This document shows positions 21,837-30,174 of a stretch of DNA of 64,000 nt, in pieces. The notes beneath the pieces are model-generated. The model ran no database searches. It worked only from the letters and a program-made list of their open reading frames with translations, and had not been told where the DNA came from. The stretch covers positions 1,523 through 65,522 of the forward strand of contig JADKBV010000008.1 in assembly GCA_016714895.1 (NCBI GenBank). Direction: 5' to 3'. Each line of letters starts with the position of its first letter. The stretch's first letter is position 1. The DNA is from Saprospiraceae bacterium (GTDB taxonomy: Bacteria; Bacteroidota; Bacteroidia; Chitinophagales; Saprospiraceae). The position numbers were made by a program, and so were the translations under genes.

Positions 21837-22691
21837 ATGGCTTCAGATACTATGACAGATCAACATCATCACACGGAGACCCAACCATCGTGGAATGGTG
21901 GATCAGAGCCTTTTAAGGCCAGTTACGGAAAGTTGATGATGTGGTATTTTTTACTTTCGGATGCTTTCACTTTTTCAGGATTCCTGATTGCTTATGGAGC
22001 ATTGAGGTTCAGTATGCCTTCATGGCCGGTGCCTGATTTTGTATTCAGTACCTTTCCGGGTGATTTTCATCACAAGCCTTTGTTATTTGTTACATTGATG
22101 ACATTTATTCTTTTGGCATCTTCTTTTACTATGGTGAGAGCAGTACAGGAAGGTCATCGTGAAAATAAAATGGGTGTTGTTAAATGGATGTTGTGGACAA
22201 TCATTGGTGGTGCTGCGTTTTTGGGCTGTCAGGCCTGGGAGTGGAACACACTGATGGGCAAAGAACATATGTCTGTTAAAATCAATCCTTTTGGTTCTCA
22301 TACAGAATCCGGAACTTATCTGGAAGGTGATGGACATGACATTAAAGAAGGTGATACTTTTAAAGCAGGTGATTCATATTTAATTCACAAACACGATGGT
22401 GAATGGCATCCGCTTAAATATCGTGCAGATGATGGAGTTGATGCAGGTAAAGAGAAACAACAACAATTTGGTCCGAAAGCATTCGGAGCTCTGTTTTTCT
22501 TTATTACCGGGTTTCACGGATTTCACGTTTTGACAGGAGTTATTTTCCTATTAATTATATGTGTGAACTCTTACACAGGACTTTATGTTTCCCGCAAAAA
22601 CGGATACGAAATGGTTGAAAAAATCGGTTTGTATTGGCACTTTGTGGATTTAGTCTGGGTATTTGTGTTTTTATTATTCTATCTATTATAA
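21837..22691 (+). CDS. ctaE: Cytochrome c oxidase subunit III with a long soluble loop insertion
   Basis: It ends LYWHFVDLVWVFVFLLFY and carries a GFHGFHVLTGV motif. ATG 21837 (MASDTMTDQHHH) is preferred over the track start at 21783. Confidence 0.8.
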   Translation: MASDTMTDQHHHTETQPSWNGGSEPFKASYGKLMMWYFLLSDAFTFSGFLIAYGALRFSMPSWPVPDFVFSTFPGDFHHKPLLFVTLMTFILLASSFTMVRAVQEGHRENKMGVVKWMLWTIIGGAAFLGCQAWEWNTLMGKEHMSVKINPFGSHTESGTYLEGDGHDIKEGDTFKAGDSYLIHKHDGEWHPLKYRADDGVDAGKEKQQQFGPKAFGALFFFITGFHGFHVLTGVIFLLIICVNSYTGLYVSRKNGYEMVEKIGLYWHFVDLVWVFVFLLFYLL

Positions 22692-22708
22692 TCAAATATT
22701 GATATTAC

Positions 22709-23119
22709 ATGGGACATTTAAGTTACGAAAGTTCGAAAACAATAGCAACGAAAACCATATTAATCCTTGCTTTTATAACCATATTCGAAGTTGTATTTGC
22801 CTTATTAGGTAAAGGATATCTTGTAGATGGATTTTACATAAGTGGTTGGATCACCGGAGGAATGATGATTTTGTTGAGTATAGTCAAAGCCTACCTTATC
22901 GTGTATGAATTTATGCACATGAAGTATGAAGTACCTGGTCTGGTGCGTACCGTACTGTTTCCTACGCTTCTTTTGGTGTGGGCAATTATTGCATTTCTTG
23001 CTGAAGGAAGGTATTGGTTGGGTTCCAGGGAAAATGTCAAAAATCCTCCCGCATCCGGTACTTCTTCAAGTTCGGCGCCTCAGGGTATGATTTACGAATT
23101 ACCTGAAAATTCACTATAA
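22709..23119 (+). CDS. Small membrane subunit, prokaryotic cytochrome c oxidase subunit IV family
   Basis: 136 aa with three TM segments. It is the last gene before the operon terminator. Confidence 0.6.
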   Translation: MGHLSYESSKTIATKTILILAFITIFEVVFALLGKGYLVDGFYISGWITGGMMILLSIVKAYLIVYEFMHMKYEVPGLVRTVLFPTLLLVWAIIAFLAEGRYWLGSRENVKNPPASGTSSSSAPQGMIYELPENSL

Positions 23120-23124
23120 AATAT

Positions 23125-23150
23125 AAGGCGGAAATTTTTCCGCCTTTTTT
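23125..23150 (+). terminator. Rho-independent terminator closing the ACIII/cox block
   Basis: AAGGCGGAAATTTTTCCGCCTTTTTT: a GGCGGAA/TTCCGCC stem followed by a T run, 6 nt after the subunit IV stop. Confidence 0.8.
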
Positions 23151-23226
23151 GTATGAATTCATTTTTATCCTGTAGTGTTGCGTAAACCATTTGGTTTAAC
23201 GGTTGTTTGAAATCCAATCAGTTTTT

Positions 23227-23700
23227 ATGAAAAAGTTAATCACCTGGATTGTAACAGGTTCTCTTATCGTGATCGTCCCCTTTGGGTCATGGTATTATCT
23301 TAAACAAGGTTTGGATTATCGCAAAAATGCTCTTGAGGCTTTAAAACCAAAAAGAAGTTTGCCTGAAATACCGGATTCACTTAATATCTTTAAGGGGAAA
23401 ACAACTTTGTTGGTACTGGATACTACAGAAGCAGATACGATTACGGAGCCTATTTATGAACAATTTAAGGATGCCTATACATTTTCGTTGGCTGGTAACG
23501 GGCAGGCCGATTTTGTACTTCCTCTTCAAAAGAGTATATTGGAATTACTCAAAAACGGAGACAAATCTTTTGCTATTATTGATACAGCGGGTCAAATACG
23601 AAATTATTACACAAGAGAAGTTTCACAGTTAAAATTAATGGTAGAGCACCTTGCCATAGTTCTTCCAAGAGCTAAGGATAAAGATATAAAAATGAAGTAA
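23227..23700 (+). CDS. Membrane-anchored SCO/thioredoxin-fold-like protein lacking the CxxxC copper site
   Basis: It has an N-terminal TM anchor (MKKLITWIVTGSLIVIVPF). KGKTTLLVLDTTEAD sits where SCO proteins carry ...CPxxCP. FAIIDTAGQIRNYY resembles the SCO C-terminal strand. Its position after the cox genes fits. The fold assignment is by eye only. Confidence 0.4.
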   Translation: MKKLITWIVTGSLIVIVPFGSWYYLKQGLDYRKNALEALKPKRSLPEIPDSLNIFKGKTTLLVLDTTEADTITEPIYEQFKDAYTFSLAGNGQADFVLPLQKSILELLKNGDKSFAIIDTAGQIRNYYTREVSQLKLMVEHLAIVLPRAKDKDIKMK

Positions 23701-23702
23701 GC

Positions 23703-24247
23703 ATGAACAGCCAATCACCAAATCCATCATTGTACAAAACCTTATACAAAGTAAGTATTCTTTTTTCGATAATTGTATTTATATTGGTGGGTGTGATGCG
23801 AAGAGTAAAAATTGATCTTGGAGTAGACTTTTCGTTTTTACCACCTTTTCATGCTTTGTTTAATACGTTGGTAACGGTATTTTTATTATTGGCCCTTTAT
23901 TTTATAAAAAAGAAAGATATTGCCAATCACCAAAAAATGATATTTGGTGCGATGGCTTTCAGTGCATTGTTTTTGATCTGTTATGTATTGTATCACTTTA
24001 CTACCCCGGAAACTACCTATTGCGGAGAGGGTACAATCAAAACTTTGTATTACATATTGCTCATTTCGCACATTATTCTTGCAGGAGTTTCCCTGCCCTT
24101 TTTATTTTGATAACATTTTCCAGAGGCTATACATTCCAGGTTGAATCTCATAAAATAATGGCAAGATGGGTTTTTCCTGTTTGGTTGTATGTTGCTGTGA
24201 CGGGACCTATATGTTATCTGATGCTCAAACCTTGTTATACTTTATAA
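23703..24247 (+). pseudogene. DUF420 (CtaM-like) membrane protein, frameshifted in a T-rich run
   Basis: Track ORFs 23703-24110 and 24020-24247 are in different frames. The sequence continues ...HIILAGVSLPF / ILITFSRGYTFQVESHKIMARWVFPVWLYVAVTGPICYLML across ccctttttatttt (24096-24107). Confidence 0.7.
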
Positions 24248-24257
24248 AAGAAAATAA

Positions 24258-24518
24258 ATGAAAAATAAAATTTTATATAGTAGCCTGATATTTTTGGTCG
24301 TAATCATCCTGTTTTTTTTGCCTGAAGAAATGACCGCTCAATGTCCCATGTGTAAAATGTCTGCTGAATCAAATCTTAAAGAAGGAGGAACAGCAGGAAG
24401 AGGGTTAAATGCAGGGATTTTATTTCTGCTTACATTACCTTATCTTATAATTGGTACATTAGGTTATGTCTGGTACAAAAACCGCAAAAGTTATGACGAA
24501 ATCGGGGAAAAACCCTGA
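24258..24518 (+). CDS. Small bitopic membrane protein with a CPMC motif
   Basis: 86 aa with an N-terminal hydrophobic segment, then AQCPMCKMSAESNLKEGG, then a second TM segment (ILFLLTLPYLIIGTLGYVWY). Confidence 0.5.
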   Translation: MKNKILYSSLIFLVVIILFFLPEEMTAQCPMCKMSAESNLKEGGTAGRGLNAGILFLLTLPYLIIGTLGYVWYKNRKSYDEIGEKP

Positions 24519-24523
24519 CCATT

Positions 24524-25504
24524 ATGGATTATTTATTTGACTATACTTCCTCCTTTCAGCGTTTTGTCAACGCTCATGTTTTAGGTGATGAACCTTCGGG
24601 TTTGTATGATCCTGCAAAGTATATTCTTTCATTAGGAGGTAAAAGAATCAGGCCTGTATTAGCTCTCTTGGGATGCCACCTGTACCACGAAGATTATAAC
24701 AAAGCGATGAAAGCTGCTATGAGCGTAGAAGTTTTTCATAATTTTACTTTGGTTCATGATGATATCATGGATAACGCCTCTATCCGAAGAGGACAGCCTA
24801 CGGTGCACGAAAAGTTCAGTGCAAATCAGGCCATTCTTACGGGAGACGTCATGCTGATACATGCTTATGAAATGTTGTTATCGTACCAACCTATTTCGCT
24901 CAGTCATCGTCTGTTATCCATATTCAATAAAATGTCTGTTGAATTGTGTGTAGGTCAGCAAATGGATATGGACTTTGAAAAATCAGACTCTGTTTCCATA
25001 GGAGATTATATCCGGATGATAGAATTAAAAACAGCGGTTCTCCTCGGAGCTTCATTACAAATGGGCGCACTGATCGGAGGTGCCGGAGAAGATGACGCCT
25101 CACATCTTTATTTATTTGCGCTCAACTTTGGTATCGCTTTTCAACTACAGGATGACGTTTTAGACACTTTTGGAACCAATAAAAGTGTGGGCAAAAGAAT
25201 CGGAGGGGACATTATTCAGAATAAAAAAACATATCTGTATCTGAAAGCACTTGAATTGGCCGACGAACATCAGAAAAAAAATCTGCTGTATATGTACGAC
25301 CCTTCCTGCACGTTGTCAGAGGAAGAAAAGATAGCAGCTGTGACAGATATATTTTCGAGAACTGGGGTCAGAGAATATGCTTCTCAGGTAATGGAAGCTT
25401 ATCGGGATCTGGCCATTTCTCACGTACATTCATGCGCCATTTCTCAGGAAAAAAAGGATGTGTTGATTCGTTTTGTCAATGATTTACTGTACCGGGAATC
25501 CTGA
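24524..25504 (+). CDS. Polyprenyl diphosphate synthase (trans-isoprenyl diphosphate synthase family)
   Basis: It has both Asp-rich motifs, LVHDDIMD and FQLQDDVLD, and is 326 aa. Confidence 0.9.
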   Translation: MDYLFDYTSSFQRFVNAHVLGDEPSGLYDPAKYILSLGGKRIRPVLALLGCHLYHEDYNKAMKAAMSVEVFHNFTLVHDDIMDNASIRRGQPTVHEKFSANQAILTGDVMLIHAYEMLLSYQPISLSHRLLSIFNKMSVELCVGQQMDMDFEKSDSVSIGDYIRMIELKTAVLLGASLQMGALIGGAGEDDASHLYLFALNFGIAFQLQDDVLDTFGTNKSVGKRIGGDIIQNKKTYLYLKALELADEHQKKNLLYMYDPSCTLSEEEKIAAVTDIFSRTGVREYASQVMEAYRDLAISHVHSCAISQEKKDVLIRFVNDLLYRES

Positions 25505-25890
25505 GTTTAAAGTTTATCCTGTTTTTTTTTGAAGGTGAAAGATTTTAGTCCAGAAGTTGGCTTGTATCGTGCTGCGGGTTTGGGCCAGTCACTATATTGA
25601 CAAATTCTCCCTTTTATATCGATATCTTCTTGGTTTTTTGATAAACCATATCTATCATTTTAATAAAAACCACAAGGTGTATAAATTAAATGTGATTTGG
25701 TGCTCAAAAGATAGTATTTAAGGTTAATTCAACTAAAATATTATTATTTATTTCGATAGAAAAATGAATAAAAAATTATCTACTTTAATAAATAAACAAT
25801 ATGTAAACGGGAAATGTATGGTTTTTAACCAAATTAAATAAGAGAAATAAAAGGAAGTATTTTGTTGTAAAATCAAAATACTAAAAAATG

Positions 25891-25962
25891 TGGCCCCAAC
25901 AGGAATCGAACCTGTATCAAAAGTTTAGGAAACTTCTATTCTATCCGTTGAACTATGGGACC
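25891..25962 (-). tRNA. tRNA-Arg (anticodon CCT)
   Basis: The reverse complement reads GGTCCCA TA GTTC AACGGATA GAAT A GAAGT TTCCTAA ACTTT TGAT ACAGG TTCGATT CCTGT TGGGGCC A. It folds by hand into a 72-nt cloverleaf with a 7-bp acceptor stem, a TTCGATT T-loop and anticodon CCT. Confidence 0.9.
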
Positions 25963-26067
25963 TGGATATCGGGTGCAAAGATAGTTTTTTTCAAAAAATC
26001 CATAAGCAAAATATTGTACAAAGATAGTTTTTCAAGTGTTTTTCAAGCTAGGGGTTGTTTTCATAAC

Positions 26068-27243
26068 CTAGGATTTGCGGATGACCGGATAAAAACTTTT
26101 AGCACCTTCACAAATATAAGTTACTCCCAAAGCATCAGCTACAGTTACTGCAATATCTGCAAAACAGGCTCTCGTGCCAAAATCCACTCCCGGTTTGATG
26201 GTTTGCCCGTAACAAAGTACAGGGATATATTCTCTCGTATGGTCTGTTCCCGTCCAGGTAGGGTCATTGCCATGGTCTGCCGTGATAATGAGAAGGTCAT
26301 CTTCCCGTAAGGAAGATAAAAGGTTTGGCAACGCCACATCAAAATCTTCCAGGCATCGGGCATAACCATCCACATCTCTCCGGTGGCCGTACATCATATC
26401 AAAATCCACAAGGTTAGTAAATATCAGGCTGCCTTCACCGCTTCTGATCAGTTCAAGGGTTTGGGTGATTCCTTGACCATTGTTTTTAGTCTTAAAGGAT
26501 CGGCTGATGCCTTTGCCGGCAAAAATGTCATAAATTTTACCCACGCCCAACACTTCGCCGTGTTGTTCCTGGATAGCTGTTAATACATTGTCGGGAGGTA
26601 GGATAGCAAAATCCTTTCGGTTGGTGGTACGGGTATAGTTTCCGGAGGTTCCGGTAAATGGCCGTGCGATGACTCTTCCAACTGCCATATCACCAGTCAG
26701 CATTTCGCGGGCAATCCGGTTGATTTCGTATTGTTTTTCGATATCTAAAACGTCTTCATGGATAGCAATCTGAAACACGCTGTCGGCAGAGGTGTATACA
26801 ATAGGGAATCCGGTTTTTACATGTTCGTCACCCAGCGTCTGAATGATTTCTGTTCCTGAAGCCGCATAGTTGCCCAGGGTTTTGGTGCCGATTTTTTGTT
26901 CGAAAGCCGAAATAAATGTATCCGGAAATCCTTCTGTAAATGTCGGAAAAGGTTGTGCCAAAACAGATCCAGCGATCTCCCAATGTCCGGTCGTGGTATC
27001 TTTGCCTGCAGATTTTTCGGCAGCACGGCCAAAACTTGCTGTGGGAAAAGATTCAAGAGGGCCAAGCAAACTGTTTTCAATATTAGCTAATCCGAGTTTT
27101 CTCAAATGGGGAATGTGTAATTCCGGTTTTTTTTGAAAGATATGACCTAAAGTGTGGCTGCCTTCGTCACCATACATATGTGCATCGGGTAAACTTCCGA
27201 TACCCACACTGTCCAACACAATAAGTATGACTCTTTTAACCAT
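26068..27243 (-). CDS. deoB: Phosphopentomutase
   Basis: N-terminus VILIVLDSVGIGSLPDAHMYGDEGSHTLGHI and C-terminal ITADHGNDPT..GTDHTREYIPVL motifs; 391 aa. Confidence 0.92.
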   Translation of the reverse strand: MVKRVILIVLDSVGIGSLPDAHMYGDEGSHTLGHIFQKKPELHIPHLRKLGLANIENSLLGPLESFPTASFGRAAEKSAGKDTTTGHWEIAGSVLAQPFPTFTEGFPDTFISAFEQKIGTKTLGNYAASGTEIIQTLGDEHVKTGFPIVYTSADSVFQIAIHEDVLDIEKQYEINRIAREMLTGDMAVGRVIARPFTGTSGNYTRTTNRKDFAILPPDNVLTAIQEQHGEVLGVGKIYDIFAGKGISRSFKTKNNGQGITQTLELIRSGEGSLIFTNLVDFDMMYGHRRDVDGYARCLEDFDVALPNLLSSLREDDLLIITADHGNDPTWTGTDHTREYIPVLCYGQTIKPGVDFGTRACFADIAVTVADALGVTYICEGAKSFYPVIRKS

Positions 27244-27248
27244 GAGAT

Positions 27249-27458
27249 TCAGGATTCAAGAGATTTTTTAAACTTTTCAACATCATGTTCGATATCCCGG
27301 AGCCTGGTTTTACAAAATGTCGTCAATTCTTTGGCACGTGCCAACTGTTCGGCTAGTTGATCCAAACCTGTTTTGCCGCTTTGCAGACTTTCAAGGATTT
27401 GATTGAGTTCCTGCAATGCAGTATCATAGGTCAGTTCGTTACTTTTGTTTTTTGCCAT
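27249..27458 (-). CDS. xseB: Exodeoxyribonuclease VII small subunit
   Basis: MAKNKSNELTYDTALQELNQILESLQSGK... is a short helical protein immediately downstream of xseA and overlapping it. The track ORF extends to 27488. Confidence 0.8.
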   Translation of the reverse strand: MAKNKSNELTYDTALQELNQILESLQSGKTGLDQLAEQLARAKELTTFCKTRLRDIEHDVEKFKKSLES

Positions 27459-28686
27459 CTTCTGTTTTTTTAATATCAACTTTTCCATCAGAAAAAGTCA
27501 GGGTATATGTTTGTCCTTCATTAATGTTTTTTGCCGAAGTTACCGGTAGTTCACCCGAAGTCACCATAACATATCCTTTGTTGAGGATGTGTTTGGGGTC
27601 AGAAAGGGTGAGTTGTTTTTCGGCGAAAGCCAGATCATCCTTTTGTTTTTGAATTTTTTGTTTAACCATCCATACCAATCTTTCAGTGATATGGCTTAGG
27701 CTGAGCCTTTCCCGGTGGATGATTTCTCCGGGTAAAACGGAGATATTGGTGACGTATTGTTTTAGCAACAATTGGTGGCTTTTGATGATATTTTGTGAAT
27801 ATTGCCAGATATATCCGCTTTTTTCGAGAACGGCTCCTTCAAAATCTACATTGTGTTCGATGAGATACGCTGCCACCGCTGTAGGTGTTTTGGCATGATA
27901 ATACGATACAATATCCGTCACAGAAAGATCGATTTCGTGGCCGATGCCTGCAATGACAGGTAGGGGAGACCTCGCTATGGTAGAAGCAATATTATAATTG
28001 TCAAAAGCTGCCAGGTCGAGTTTGGAGCCGCCGCCACGGATGATAACAATGACTTCAAATTTTTCTTTTTGTAAAAAAATATTTTCAAGGGCTGCGACCA
28101 CTTCCCGTTCTGTATTGCTTCCCTGAAGTGCTGCCGGAAACAAGGTGTGACGGAAGTCATAACCATAACTGTTTTGGGCCAATTGTTGGACAAAGTCTAT
28201 GTAACCCGCTGCATTTTCAGAGGAGATAACGGCTACTTTCTGGACGACAGAAGGAAAAAACGTTTGTTTGTTTTTGTCTGTTTTGCCTTCTTCTTTCAGT
28301 TTCTGAATGATTTTTTGCCGCAACATTTCCAATTGACCAACCGTAAAAGTCGGATCAATATCTTCAACATTGAGCTTTAAACCATATCGTTCATGATACT
28401 CTATATTTACTTTGATTTTGACGGCGGTACCGTCTTTGAGCAAAGCGTTAAAGAGGTCTCCCAATTTTTTTTTGAGAAACAATACGGATTTGAACCAGAT
28501 ATAACCTGATGACTGAGCGATAATTTCGTCGGTGTCTTCTTTTTTCTGAACAAATTCCAGATAATAATTGCCCCTGGATTCTTTGACTTGTGATAATTCA
28601 CATTCAATCCAGACGGGCTCCTGAAAATTTAATGCAATGACCCTTTTGATGTATTCATTGAGTTCGAAAAGGGTGTATGATACCAT
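27439..28686 (-). CDS. xseA: Exodeoxyribonuclease VII large subunit
   Basis: 415 aa, with N-terminal OB-fold-like LFELNEYIKRVIALNFQEPVWIECELSQ and GGGSKLDLAAFD motifs. Confidence 0.88.
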   Translation of the reverse strand: MVSYTLFELNEYIKRVIALNFQEPVWIECELSQVKESRGNYYLEFVQKKEDTDEIIAQSSGYIWFKSVLFLKKKLGDLFNALLKDGTAVKIKVNIEYHERYGLKLNVEDIDPTFTVGQLEMLRQKIIQKLKEEGKTDKNKQTFFPSVVQKVAVISSENAAGYIDFVQQLAQNSYGYDFRHTLFPAALQGSNTEREVVAALENIFLQKEKFEVIVIIRGGGSKLDLAAFDNYNIASTIARSPLPVIAGIGHEIDLSVTDIVSYYHAKTPTAVAAYLIEHNVDFEGAVLEKSGYIWQYSQNIIKSHQLLLKQYVTNISVLPGEIIHRERLSLSHITERLVWMVKQKIQKQKDDLAFAEKQLTLSDPKHILNKGYVMVTSGELPVTSAKNINEGQTYTLTFSDGKVDIKKTEDGKKQK

Positions 28687-28698
28687 GGTGAATGGGCT

Positions 28699-29898
28699 TT
28701 ATAAAGCCTTTTTCACCAAATCAGCTGCTTCCTGAAGCAAGATAGCGGAATGAACTTCCAGACCACTTTCATCGATGAGCTTTTTGGCCAGATCGGCATT
28801 GGTACCTTGTAATCTGACGATGATCGGAACGCCGATATTGCCCATATTTCTGTAGGCGTCTACGACACCTTGTGCCACTCGGTCGCATCTAACGATACCA
28901 CCGAAAATATTGATCAAAATGGCTTTGACATTCGGATCTTTCAAAATGATTCTGAATGCTTGTTCTACTCTGGCTGCGTCTGCTGTACCACCGACATCCA
29001 AAAAGTTGGCCGGTGAGCCACCTGAAAGTTTGATGATGTCCATGGTAGCCATAGCAAGACCTGCACCATTAACCATACAACCTACATTACCATCGAGGTT
29101 GACGTAATTCAGGCCAAAAGATTTAGCTTCGACTTCGGTTGGATCTTCTTCGTCGGTGTCGCGCATAGCAGCGAGGTCAGGATGTCTGAACAAACCGTTT
29201 TCGTCAAGGGTCACTTTGCAGTCTACCGCAACAATCCGGTCGTCTCCTGTTTTCAGGCAAGGGTTAATTTCAAACAAGGTTGCGTCAGAACCAACAAAGG
29301 CGCTGTATAAATTACCGATAAACTTAATAAAATCTTTGTATGCATTGCCTGACAAACCGAGGTTGAAGGCGATTTTTCTCTTTTGAAAATCCTGAAGCCC
29401 AATGTGCGGGTCAATCCACTCTTTGTGCACGAGGTGTGGGGTTTCTTCAGCTACTTTTTCAATATCCATACCTCCTTCGGTAGAATAAATGATGACATTT
29501 CTTTTTTGTTCTCTGTCCATTAGTACAGATACGTAATATTCTTTACAGGCATCAAAATCCGGTGCATAAGAATCTTCAGTAACCAGGATTTTTCTGACCA
29601 GTTTTCCCGGACCTTCCATTCCTCCCGGAGTTTGCGGAGTGCGCAACATCATTCCTAAGATATTTCCGGCGATTTCTTTTACTTCGGTCAGGTTTTTGGC
29701 CAGTTTTACGCCTCCTCCTTTACCGCGACCACCAGCATGGATCTGAGCTTTGATGACACAAAAATCAGTTTTAGTGTCTTCCTGCATTTTGTGGTAAGCC
29801 TGGATGGCTTCTTCAACAGTTTGCGCAACGATACCTCTTTGCGTAGCCACGCCATAAGAGTTCAATAATTGTTTTCCCTGGTACTCGTGTAAGTTCAT
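28699..29898 (-). CDS. sucC: Succinate--CoA ligase (ADP-forming) subunit beta
   Basis: [12 protein letters not shown]..., [12 protein letters not shown] and [10 protein letters not shown] motifs; 399 aa. Confidence 0.95.
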   Translation of the reverse strand: MNLHEYQGKQLLNSYGVATQRGIVAQTVEEAIQAYHKMQEDTKTDFCVIKAQIHAGGRGKGGGVKLAKNLTEVKEIAGNILGMMLRTPQTPGGMEGPGKLVRKILVTEDSYAPDFDACKEYYVSVLMDREQKRNVIIYSTEGGMDIEKVAEETPHLVHKEWIDPHIGLQDFQKRKIAFNLGLSGNAYKDFIKFIGNLYSAFVGSDATLFEINPCLKTGDDRIVAVDCKVTLDENGLFRHPDLAAMRDTDEEDPTEVEAKSFGLNYVNLDGNVGCMVNGAGLAMATMDIIKLSGGSPANFLDVGGTADAARVEQAFRIILKDPNVKAILINIFGGIVRCDRVAQGVVDAYRNMGNIGVPIIVRLQGTNADLAKKLIDESGLEVHSAILLQEAADLVKKAL

Positions 29899-30174
29899 GC
29901 TTTTTGTTTTTGTATCTTTGAATGATGTGCTGATGTGTTTCAGGCTGCAAAATTAACCCTTGAAACGGTAAAATTCAAAATAACCGTCAAAAAAGATTTA
30001 TAATTTAAAACATCATGAAGCATAAACATAAAAATACGGTTGTTCAGGGCACTTTTTTTACGGGTATCCGGTTGTTAAAATGAAGAGATGACGAAGATCA
30101 TGTTTTGAATGGAGTAAATGATTGGTCGGGTTACGGTGGTTTTCTTACTTTTGATGTGTTAAATCAAATAAATT

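Noticed and set aside
25888-26310. A 140-aa plus-strand ORF.
   Set aside because: It overlaps the tRNA-Arg gene and the 3' end of deoB on the opposite strand, and has no protein-like features. It is a shadow ORF.
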